Made by a program: the position numbers and the translations under genes. This document shows, in pieces, positions 52,930 to 64,000 of a stretch of DNA of 64,000 nt. How positions within the stretch are numbered: position 1 is the first letter of the stretch; every line of letters starts with the position of its first letter. A model generated the notes under the pieces. That model was not told where the DNA came from. It searched no databases and saw only the letters and a list, made by a program, of their open reading frames with translations. Location of the stretch: NCBI RefSeq assembly GCF_006345805.1, contig NC_042998.1, positions 70,308,001-70,372,000 on the forward strand, in the 5' to 3' direction. The stretch comes from Octopus sinensis (Eukaryota).

Positions 52930-53308
52930 ATAAATGTATTCAAAAGCTTTTCATCATCATCATTACAATCACCACCATCGCCAACATTACTATCTGCCCC
53001 ATCATCACCATCATCATCATCATGATCCTGATTGTTATACACCCCCTCCTCCTTTAACTCAACAAAGAAACATTCTGTATGCATATATTATTACTAGATA
53101 TATGCTTGACATTGTTCATTGCAAGATATAGTGATATGCTTCTTTATAAATGCTGTATTATGCATACTGTGTTATCACATATACAGTTGGCTTGATATCA
53201 ATATAGAAAATATATCATGTAGATTGTATAACAATAAATAGTAGATGTATCATATAATGTATGGTAGTCTGCCTGCCTTACCAAAGCTTTAGAAGTTGAT
53301 CATATTGT

Positions 53309-53480
53309 GATGTATGTATGTATGTATGTATGTATGTATGTATGTATGTATGTATGTATGTATGTATGTATGTATGTATGTATGTATGTATGTATGTATG
53401 TATGTATGTATGTATGTATGTATGTATGTATGTATGTATGTATGTATGTATGTATGTATGTATGTATGTATGTATGTATG
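53309..53480. repeat. Perfect (TATG)n tetranucleotide microsatellite
   Basis: Direct inspection. Confidence 0.95.
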
Positions 53481-53769
53481 TGTGTGTGTGTATATATACA
53501 TACATACATGTGTGTATGTATATATCTATATCTATGTGTGTGTATATATGTATACCTATGTATAGGTATACATATATGTATGTGTATAATGTATGTATAC
53601 ATGTATATATGTATGTATACATACACACATATATATGCGTGTTTGTGTATACATGTTTGTATGTATATATATATACATTAAAAAAAATATATATATATAT
53701 TTGTATGTTTGTAGGTATATATGTGCACACATATATGTATACATATGTGTGTGTGTATATTTATATATA

Positions 53770-54400
53770 TGCATGTATTTATATATATATGTATGTGTAT
53801 ATATATATATGTATGTGTATTTATATGTATGTATATATATATGTACGTATGTGTGTGTATACATATATTTATATGTTCATATTTATAAATTTATATATAC
53901 GTATATGTATGTGTGTATATATATATATATATGTGTGTGTGTGTATGTAAATATATGTATGCATATATGTATATGCATACATGATATTGTGTGCATGCAC
54001 ATACATAATATAATTTGTATACATAATTATATACGCATACATACATACATACATGCTTACGTACAGAGTAAAACGTATGTTCTTTGGAAGGACTAGAAAA
54101 AGAAAAAAACAAGACTAAACATGCTATATATGAATTTATATGAATATGTGTATATATATACATATATATATTCATTTATTTATATAGTATAGCTTAAAGT
54201 GACATGTATTTGTGCTTGCAAGTAGGTGTATGTGAGATTTGTTTGTATAGCTAAATAGTTTGCATATATGTGTGTTGTGATATTCATATATTCATTATGT
54301 ATGTTTCCTGTGTGGTTTGTATGGCACACATGCTCTATATCTGTGGGTATATGTCTATATATTATTATATGTATATATACACATACATACATAGATACAT

Positions 54401-54441
<41 letters not shown>

Positions 54442-55268
54442 ATATATACATTGTATGAATGGTAATGTAAACAAGAAAAATAGAACTCAAATATGAGTAT
54501 ATATATATTTTTATTAATATTTTGCAGAAGCACTTATCAAACTTTAATGACTTCGATAAGTGCCAACACATGGAACTCTCTGCCCTTGAGTCACTCTGTT
54601 GCTTTTGCTAAATATTAATAAGACTATAGACATGTATGCATGTATACACATATATATATATGTATGTGTATATATATATGTATGTGTATTTATATGTATG
54701 TATATATATATGTACGTATGTGTGTGTATACATATATTTATATGTTCATATTTATAAATTTATATATACGTATATGTATGTGTGTATATATATATATATG
54801 TGTGTGTGTGTATGTAAATATATGTATGCATATATGTATATGCATACATGATATTGTGTGCATGCACATACATAATATAATTTGTATACATAATTATATA
54901 CGCATACATACATACATACATGCTTACGTACAGAGTAAAACGTATGTTTCTTTGGAAGGACTAGAAAAAGAAAAAAACAAGACTAAACATGCTATATATG
55001 AATTTATATGAATATGTGTATATATATACATATATATATTCATTTATTTATATAGTATAGCTTAAAGTGACATGTATTTGTGCTTGCAAGTAGGTGTATG
55101 TGAGATTTGTTTGTATAGCTAAATAGTTTGCATATATGTGTGTTGTGATATTCATATATTCATTATGTATGTTTCCTGTGTGGTTTGTATGGCACACATG
55201 CTCTATATCTGTGGGTATATGTCTATATATTATTATATGTATATATACACATACATACATAGATACAT

Positions 55269-55309
<41 letters not shown>

Positions 55310-55505
55310 ATATATACATTGTATGAATGGTAATGTAAACAAGAAAAATAGAACTCAAATATGAGTATATATATATTTTTATTAATATTTTGCAGAAGCA
55401 CTTATCAAACTTTAATGACTTCGATAAGTGCCAACACATGGAACTCTCTGCCCTTGAGTCACTCTGTTGCTTTTGCTAAATATTAATAAGACTATAGACA
55501 TGTAT
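53770..55505. repeat. Tandem duplication, 2 x about 868 bp, near-identical
   Basis: Identical ORF-track peptides offset by 868 (54180/55048, 54268/55136). Confidence 0.95.
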
Positions 55506-55544
55506 GCATGTATACACATATATATATATGTATGTATTTATATA

Positions 55545-55579
55545 TATATATATATATATATATTGTATTTGTGTGTGTG

Positions 55580-55666
<87 letters not shown>

Positions 55667-56893
55667 CCCGCGAGGATCAAGAGAAATATACACACATTTG
55701 ATTTGCTAACCATGCATAGCCATCTGTGAAATCTGTTCTGCTATTGTTCTCTAGTAATGTAGCTTCTGTAATTCCTTCTATGCAATTTCTTATTATACAT
55801 ACCTCCATAGAAGCTTCCTTTTTAATTACTGAGCAATATTTAAAACAATATTACCAACGATTATTTGAACAACATCAAGAACAGATTGGTGATATCTTGT
55901 TTCATGTGGATGACTGAACATTGAAATATCTGGGGTTTTACTACATCTACTGCTACTTTTTGATGTTGGAACTGCATTAGCCATGTCTTCCAATTCCAAT
56001 ATGGATTTATCAAGTCTGTTTACTACTAATGGACATTATCACATATTGGATCAAAGGTAGTCCCATTCGTTCTATGTTGAACTAATGGCCCAAACTATTG
56101 GCCTGTCACTGTTACTGGCCAACACAAATTAAACTATTGAACGCTCCAGTCCACCTGGCTGTGAATAGATACCATGATGGGGGTACAGTTAACTACTACA
56201 AGATGCAAGAATATTGTATAAATAACCAGAGTTTAGTTAATTTCATTCTTGTGCTGAATATGATAGCACAGCTATATCTCTAGCAGAGATTCTGTCAAAG
56301 TCATCAGAAATATATCCCCCATTGATGGATATATCCAGTTATTAAAACCTTAACATTTCACTTGATTCTGCTTATCACACTTGCATGGGATAAATAATTG
56401 GTTGATATTATGATGTAAATCTTGTCAGAATTCTGGCTTCATTCTTGATGTTTATCTCACAGCATGCACAAGAAGCTAAGTTAAACACAATGCTCTTTTG
56501 ATATATGGTAAATGAATACACACACACAAACACACACACACACACACACACACACATTTATATTTGTATATGTTAACACATCTACATTCTCCCATTTCAA
56601 AATACCTCTGCCTATAAATGCAGCAGATATATTGTAATTTACTTCACTCGGTGTTCGTTCTTGATATGAGTGACTAGCCTTAAATATATTTTGATGTAAC
56701 AGAAATTTTTTTTTTCCTCGCATCACTAAAAATTGTGCACATCTTTTCATCTACCTAAACTGCTTGTTTTTTTTATTATTTGTGCAAATTCTTTTTCATC
56801 TTTTATTTTATTTTTTTAATTTTATCTTGCACAAATGCACCTGTTATGTATATATATATATATATTATATATATATATGTATTTGTGTGTGTG

Positions 56894-56947
<54 letters not shown>

Positions 56948-57806
56948 CCCGCGAGGATCAAGAGAATATACACACATTTGATTTGCTAACCATGCATAGC
57001 CATCTGTGAAATCTGTTCTGCTATTGTTCTCTAGTAATGTAGCTTCTGTAATTCCTTCTATGCAATTTCTTATTATACATACCTCCATAGAAGCTTCCTT
57101 TTTAATTACTGAGCAATATTTAAAACAATATTACCAACGATTATTTGAACAACATCAAGAACAGATTGGTGATATCTTGTTTCATGTGGATGACTGAACA
57201 TTGAAATATCTGGGGTTTTACTACATCTACTGCTACTTTTTGATGTTGGAACTGCATTAGCCATGTCTTCCAATTCCAATATGGATTTATCAAGTCTGTT
57301 TACTACTAATGGACATTATCACATATTGGATCAAAGGTAGTCCCATTCGTTCTATGTTGAACTAATGGCCCAAACTATTGGCCTGTCACTGTTACTGGCC
57401 AACACAAATTAAACTATTGAACGCTCCAGTCCACCTGGCTGTGAATAGATACCATGATGGGGGTACAGTTAACTACTACAAGATGCAAGAATATTGTATA
57501 AATAACCAGAGTTTAGTTAATTTCATTCTTGTGCTGAATATGATAGCACAGCTATATCTCTAGCAGAGATTCTGTCAAAGTCATCAGAAATATATCCCCC
57601 ATTGATGGATATATCCAGTTATTAAAACCTTAACATTTCACTTGATTCTGCTTATCACACTTGCATGGGATAAATAATTGGTTGATATTATGATGTAAAT
57701 CTTGTCAGAATTCTGGCTTCATTCTTGATGTTTATCTCACAGCATGCACAAGAAGCTAAGTTAAACACAATGCTCTTTTGATATATGGTAAATGAATACA
57801 CACACA

Positions 57807-57859
<53 letters not shown>

Positions 57860-58180
57860 TATATTTGTATATGTTAACACATCTACATTCTCCCATTTCA
57901 AAATACCTCTGCCTATAAATGCAGCAGATATATTGTAATTTACTTCACTCGGTGTTCGTTCTTGATATGAGTGACTAGCCTTAAATATATTTTGATGTAA
58001 CAGAAATTTTTTTTTTCCTCGCATCACTAAAAATTGTGCACATCTTTTCATCTACCTAAACTGCTTGTTTTTTTTATTATTTGTGCAAATTCTTTTTCAT
58101 CTTTTATTTTATTTTTTTAATTTTATCTTGCACAAATGCACCTGTTATGTATATATATATATATATTTGTGTGTGTGTAT
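55545..58180. repeat. Tandem duplication, 2 x about 1280-1300 bp, near-identical
   Basis: Identical ORF-track peptides offset by 1280 (55726/57006, 56098/57378, 56481/57761). Confidence 0.95.
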
Positions 58181-58378
58181 ATCTATCAATAAACGGTTTC
58201 TACTAAGCTCTGTCTTTTCGTTATTACTTAGCCCACTTCCTATCCGTTGAAACATATCAGTTTAAGGAGCGTATCCTTAAAAAGGATATTAAAAGTCTTT
58301 CACTTACATCGGGGCTTTTTAGCTGAATTTGTTCCCTCTCATGGTTGCTGTGTCTCATATTACTTCATGTCACTTCAG

Positions 58379-58444
58379 ACAAATGCTGCACCACTTCAAA
58401 ATGGATTTAGCAGAGGAAATTGTTATGTATCACAAGCTAAAGTG
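58379..58444 (+). CDS. Candidate 66-nt symmetric exon (xQMLHHFKMDLAEEIVMYHKLKW or TNAAPLQNGFSRGNCYVSQAKV)
   Basis: Acceptor attacttcatgtcacttcag|A, donor GTG|gtatat, two open frames, unique sequence. Confidence 0.3.
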
Positions 58445-58559
58445 GTATATGTGTGTCTTTTGGTGGAGTACATTAATTTCCATGTTGATATAGATTCATT
58501 ATGTTTCTGGCTTAATGGTAGGGCGTGGTATGTTTAGGGGTTTATACCGTTTTCACTCA

Positions 58560-59845
58560 CCTAGTTGGTTGTAATCAATCCATGCACTGTTAGATCAAAC
58601 TAACCTGTAGTTAGACCTGCCTTACATATTTAGACATATTCAACACAGATTATTAGATCAGTCTTATGTCTGTTTAGACATACACACTCCATGTGGTTAC
58701 AACTTGTAATTCTATTTAATTAAACCAATCTAGTCTGTATCATTAGACCAATCCCAAGTATGTAGTTAGACCAATCCAATCCGGATAGTTTGTCCAATCC
58801 AGTCTGTGCAGTTAGACCAATCCACTCTCAATGGTAAATCAATATAGTTTGTATAGTTAGACCATTCTAAGCTATGTACTTCAATCAACCTAGTCAGTAT
58901 AGTTTAACCAATCCCATGTACATTGACAAATCTATTCCATATAATTAGACTAGTCCATTCTGTATAGTTAGATCAATACCATTTATGTAGTTAGACTAAT
59001 TCAGTCTATGTATTTAAACCAATCACATCTATGTAGACCAGTTTAACTTGACTAGTTAGACCAACTCCATGTCTGTTGTTAGACCAATGTAGTCTGTATA
59101 ATCAGAGCAACCCATTCATGTGGTTAGGACAGATCCAGCCTGTATGGTCATTGGACTAATTCAATAAATGTAGTGAAATCATTCAGCATAGCTTGTAAGG
59201 TTTGACCAAACCCATAATGCAGTAAAGATAGACTCATTATGTATAATTAGATCTATCAGTTAACGTAGTTAGATCACACTTGTTTGTGTATTATTAGATC
59301 AATCTAGTGTGTACAAGCAGATCACTCCAGTTTATGTGGTTAGGACAAGCTGGCTTGTATAGTTAGACCACTCCAATCTATGAATTAGAATAATCTTATC
59401 TCTATACTTAGATCAATCTTGTTTCTGTATTTAGACTATGTAGTTAGACCAATTCCAGTTTGTATAATCAATTCAGTCTGAATAGTTAAACCTATCTTAT
59501 GTGCTTAGACCAATCTGAACTGTGTAGATAAACCAGTCCATTCTGTATAGTTAGACTAATCCAGTCTATATAGTTAAATACTGTAGTTTATGTAGTTAGT
59601 TGAGTCCCTCTATATGTCATCTATGTAGTTAGACTAATCCAGTGTGTATAGTTGTTTTGGCTTAGTTTGAATTTTATATAGCTAGTTTAACTAATCTATT
59701 CTGTATATTTGAACCTATCAAATCTGTATAGTTAAACCAATTTATTGTGTGTAGTTAGGCCAGTCTGTTGTATATAATTATACCAATTAATTATAGCAAT
59801 TCAAGCAGTATAGTTAAACTAATCTCGGTTCTGGGGGTTAGACTA
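58560..59845. repeat. Degenerate about 23-bp minisatellite (consensus near GTTAGACCAATCCAGTCTGTATA)
   Basis: Dozens of diverged TTAGAC/CAATC/TGTATAG units. Confidence 0.85.
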
Positions 59846-59846
59846 G

Positions 59847-59986
59847 GATGCAGAGGGGCTGGCACAGGACCAACAGCAATGGGGAGCACTAGTGGACCTG
59901 GTCAGCTCTATGCATGATGATACCTCTGGGACCACTAACCTGAGATGACCCCAGCCTCATCAAGCAAGAGCATGAAGTGAAGTGAA
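59847..59986 (+). mobile_element. 5'-truncated RTE 3' end with (GTGAA)n tail and 10-bp TSD
   Basis: GLAQDQQQWGALVDLV resembles the RTE terminus; GTTAGACTAG at 59837-59846 and 59987-59996. Confidence 0.6.
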
Positions 59987-60276
59987 GTTAGACTAGTCTA
60001 TCCTAACAGGAAAACAAATGTGAAAATCACGTTTTTGATGCTCTTCTTCACATTGTTCTCACTGAACAGACCTATGAATAAAGACGCACCAACCATGATC
60101 AACCCATCTTTTGTTTCTGGCTTAATGTATCTCCAGTGAAGGCCCATCATTTAGTGCTTAGTTTAACCGACTCATGATAGTAAGGTCGTGAGGTTGATTC
60201 TCGATGGCGTGTTGTGTCCTTGAGCAAGACACTTTATTTCACTTTGCTCCAGTCCACTCAGCTGGCAAAAATGAGT

Positions 60277-60477
60277 TGAGGGACCAGCTGCACAAATTGA
60301 TAGCACCCTTGTAGATAAAGCAATTAAGGATATGCAACCAGTAAAAGCCCCCATCAAGAATCACTGCTGAGATGCTTAAAATATCTGGTGGTGTGGGTTA
60401 TGGTCTAGTCACCTGCATTATAAATCAGGAAGTTCACAAAGGAGTACTGGTGTAGCAGCACCATAGTCAACTGCTAC
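60277..60477 (+). mobile_element. Internal RTE fragment, a copy of 61544-61750, inserted in a tRNA-derived SINE
   Basis: Direct sequence match; flanked by duplicated AAAAATGAGT (60267-60276 and 60478-60487). Host SINE runs from about 60150 to 60630. Confidence 0.85.
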
Positions 60478-60687
60478 AAAAATGAGTAATGCCTGTAATT
60501 CAAGGGCCAGTCTTGTCACATTATGTCACGCTGAATCTCCCTGAGAACTACGTTGAGGGTACATGTGTTTATGGAGTGCTCAGCCTGTTAATTTCACAAG
60601 CAGGCTGTTCCATTGACTGGATCAACTGGAACAGAGTGCCAGTTAATGTATCTCAGACTACATTACCTAATGTGCCTGTTTTTTTCC

Positions 60688-60919
60688 ACCCCTTTAGCCT
60701 TCAGATTACTCTGTCAAATATAATGCTTATATATTCACATTATTTTGAATTAATCGTGCATTATCTCATAGCTTCGAAATTTCAATAATGTGACTGCCTA
60801 TTCTGAAAGTAACATTGTAGCACTCTACGAGGTGTGAGAGGCTGCAAATGGCTAGTTTGAAAATAGAACAGGTAGAATATTTGGAGCGGATATGTCTGGT
60901 TTAAATGCTAAAAGGTTAA
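60688..60919. mobile_element. piggyBac-like MITE family 2
   Basis: CCCTTTAGC...TGCTAAAAGGTTAA. Confidence 0.7.
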
Positions 60920-61489
60920 AGACAATATGGTGTGGTTTGAGGGAGATATGTCTCCTTCAAAGTTTGTGGGAGATTTGGCTTCCCATGTTAGTCATCCTCC
61001 ATGGTGTCTTATATGAGGATAAATTATAGACCTTGGGTCAGCAGCTGGTAGGCTGCAACACACAAGTGGGCCACAAAGGTATACTCTGTGGGTCTTCTAC
61101 CATTTCTAAAAAATCATTCGAAGTATTTGTGAGCCACTGAGCAGTTGATGGATTTTAGATTGCTTTTTCTGCCAGATTATGTTTAAGTTATGCTTTCATA
61201 AGCATTGTCAGTGTTGGAAATAGAGGGAAACACAAAAAGCTTGCTTTACAAGCACATGTTTTCAGGCTCAGTCCCACCGTGTGCCACCTGGGGCAAGTAT
61301 TTTTTACTACTTTATCTCACACTTGTCCAAAGTGTAGAAAGCTTGTCAGGTATGTATCTATATCTATCTATCTATATATATATGACTGTCTGACGAATGG
61401 GAATATGAAACTCTGAGTCACAGTTCAGTAACAATTTTGCAGCTTTAATATTCAAGTACTATTTTTGTCACTTTGTCTTGCACTTATGT

Positions 61490-62300
61490 GCTCACCTGTG
61501 TATAGAATGAATGGGAGGAAGAGAGCCTGCCAAATGTTGACCCAGTTGAGGGACCAGCTACCCAAATTGATAGCACCCTTGTAGATAAAGCAATTCAGGA
61601 TATGCAATCAAGAAAAGCCCCAATCAAGAATCACTGCTGAGATGCTTAAAATATCTGGTGGTGTGGGTTATGGTCTAGTCACCTGCATTATAAATCAGGA
61701 AGTTCACAAAGGATTACTGATGTAGCAGTACCATAGCCAACTGCTGCAAAGGTAAAGGTGATGCTTTAGATAGAAATAACTACTGGGATGTCAAAATGCT
61801 GGATCAGGTGATGAAGGTCATAGCCCAACTAATTAGGGAGAGAGTAAGTCTAGATGAAATGCAGTTTGGTTTTGTGCCAGGTAGAAGCACCATTGATGCT
61901 ATGTTTCTAGTAAGGCAACTTCAGGAGGAATACCTAGACAAAGATAAACCCCTATACTTGACATTTGTTGACTTGGAGAAAGCCTTTGACAGGGTCCCCT
62001 GATCCCTTACCTGGTGGGCGATGCAGAAACTAGGGATAGACAAGTAGTTAGTAAGAGCTGTACAGGCCCTATACAGGGATGCTGTCAGTAAGGTAAGGGT
62101 CGGCAATGAATAAAGTGAAGAATTCCAGGTAGAAGTAGGGGTTCACCAAGGATCAGTCCTCAGCCCCACCACCTCTTATTCATCATAGTCCTCCAGGCAA
62201 TAACCGAGGAATTTGAGACAGGCTGGCCCTGGGAGCTCCTCTATGCTGATGACCTTACTCTCAGTTGAATCACTACCAGAACTAGAGAAGAAACTTCAGG
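61490..62300 (+). mobile_element. RTE-clade LINE reverse transcriptase fragment
   Basis: ORF 61796-62002 QFGFVPGRSTIDAMFLVRQLQEEY...FVDLEKAFDRVP, followed by VGVHQGSVLS and LLYADDL motifs with stops and frameshifts. Confidence 0.9.
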
Positions 62301-62849
62301 TTTTAGGTTCAGTCCTATTGCAAGGTACTTTAGGCAAGTGTCTTTAACTATAGCAACTAGCTGAGTGGATTTGGCAGATGGAAACTAAAAGAAGCCCATT
62401 ATGTATATATATGCATGTGTGTGAGTGTACATACATGTATGTATGTGTGTATGTGTGCGTGTGTATGCTTTGTGCCTCTTTGGTTTGACATTGAGTAATA
62501 GTTGTAAATGAGTGTCACTGTCATATAAGCAGTGACATTCATTGCCAATATTCTGTGGAAACATGTCTAGCTGTGGGGAAATATCACCTTGTTTGGAAAT
62601 GGGTGAGGGTTGGTAACAGGAAATGCATTCAGCCATAGGAAATCTGCTTCAATACACTCCATCAACCCATACAAGCATGGGAAAGGGAACATTAAAAACT
62701 ATGATGATGAAGATGATTCATTTTTTTAAGACCATAGAACATGATTAAAGGGAGACTTGATTGCTATTTCTGGCATGTGGAGTGATCATATCACGATTCC
62801 CTTGGCTTATTTTCTTTCCAAGTAAACTGAAGTTTTTATCATTCTAAGT

Positions 62850-63078
62850 TTAACCCTTTCGTTACCAACCCGGCTGAAACTGGCTCTGGCTCTGTAGTAC
62901 AAATGTCTGGTTTTCATAAGTTTCGAATTAAAATCTTCCACCAAACCTTAGTCACAATTTATGTTCCTAACACTAACTTAATGATAACTAAGTTAGTTTA
63001 CTAAATTCTTTGTTATATTTAAAATAATTGAAAGAAACACAGAGTATCTCAAAATAAATACGGTAATGAAAGAGTTAA
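62850..63078. mobile_element. piggyBac-like MITE family 1
   Basis: TTAACCCTTTCG...GAAAGAGTTAA; matches 17426-17656 inverted. Confidence 0.8.
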
Positions 63079-63620
63079 GATGATGTTAAGAAAGGAAACC
63101 AATGGAATCTGAGTCTTGTTCTCTTATAGTGAAGCCTGTATCCTAAAACAGAACTCATTTCTTATTGTACAACATCTATTCTGGTTTTTTCATCTTTGTT
63201 GAACTGATGTATAGGACAGCTGTGACTCCAAGACAGCTTGCTCCAAGAGGAACATGTGTCTCATGGGTATATAAATCTACTGAATCAGCACTTGCATACC
63301 TTCTTTATATTTCTCCAGCCATTGAGATGTTGTGGTTTAATCCTTAGCTAAAACTGATCTATGATCAAAAAGATTCAGGCTATGATTGATTCATCTTTTA
63401 TTTTTTCCAGACAGTTTATCTTGCCTTAAAAATAAATATGTGCTCTTGGCTTCTCTGTGCATAGAAAAATGATGGGGTGGTCATGGCTGGCTTAGCATTA
63501 ATCATGGGTGTGCTCATGTGCTCCTTCAGGGTTGAACTCAGGCTAGACGAGTGATAGTAGAATAATGCCACACTGCCATCATTGATACATCCTACATCAC
63601 TACTGAGTTTATATATATAT

Positions 63621-63655
<35 letters not shown>

Positions 63656-64000
63656 CCACATCAGTTGTCAGGTGGCTAAGAACATAAATACTCTTGGTTT
63701 AAAAATATAGCCTCCTTGTTCAAATCCACCCTTGTCTCATTGGCACATCCAAGAATAAAGTACCTGATGACAACTGGATATTAGACCAACTGAAACATGG
63801 TGTAGATATAAATAATAAAACCCTTATCTCTCAAAATGAGACTAATTAGTCCAAATGATTATACCTGTATACACAATATCCATGTTTACTTACACTAAGA
63901 ATGTATACCTACATGAAATGTGTTTACATACTATAAACATGTTATATGCAATAAATAAGTTTATGTACTATAAACATGTTTAGGTGCAAGATACATGTTT

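Noticed and set aside
51598-55713. Dozens of long ORFs (up to 260 aa) rich in Y/I/C/V/H/T/M
   Set aside because: They are translations of AT/CA/TATG microsatellites, which lack stops in several frames. The same applies to ORFs at 265-2807, 5235-5702, 10248-10691 and 30108-30908.
58560-59845. CRISPR-like array (also considered at 19228-19500)
   Set aside because: Units are contiguous and degenerate with no unique spacers, there are no cas genes, and the context is eukaryotic.

Overview
AT-rich, microsatellite-saturated eukaryotic DNA. The repeat families (tRNA-derived SINEs, RTE LINEs, TTAA and TA MITEs) match what I recall of Octopus genomes; the species call is an inference. Most of the window is intron-like. 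Nearly all ORFs in the supplied track are translations of (AT)n, (CA)n, (TATG)n or trinucleotide repeats, or decayed RTE reverse transcriptase. I found five short plus-strand exon candidates in unique sequence (9260-9366, 14929-15069, 37205-37244, 48902-49021, 58379-58444). They may belong to one long-intron gene that I cannot name; only 14929-15069 is strong. Other notable structures are two locally templated insertions inside SINEs (one inverted, one direct, donors about 1.2-1.3 kb away), decayed hammerhead-ribozyme-like motifs in Penelope-type ends, and head-to-tail SINE arrays. There is also a CpG-retaining promoter-like domain at about 32.6-36 kb and two adjacent near-identical tandem duplications (868 bp and about 1280 bp) that may be assembly artefacts. 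I found no prokaryotic features, CRISPR array or intact transposon gene, and no convincing novel multi-gene system. Repeat boundaries were set by eye and are approximate.
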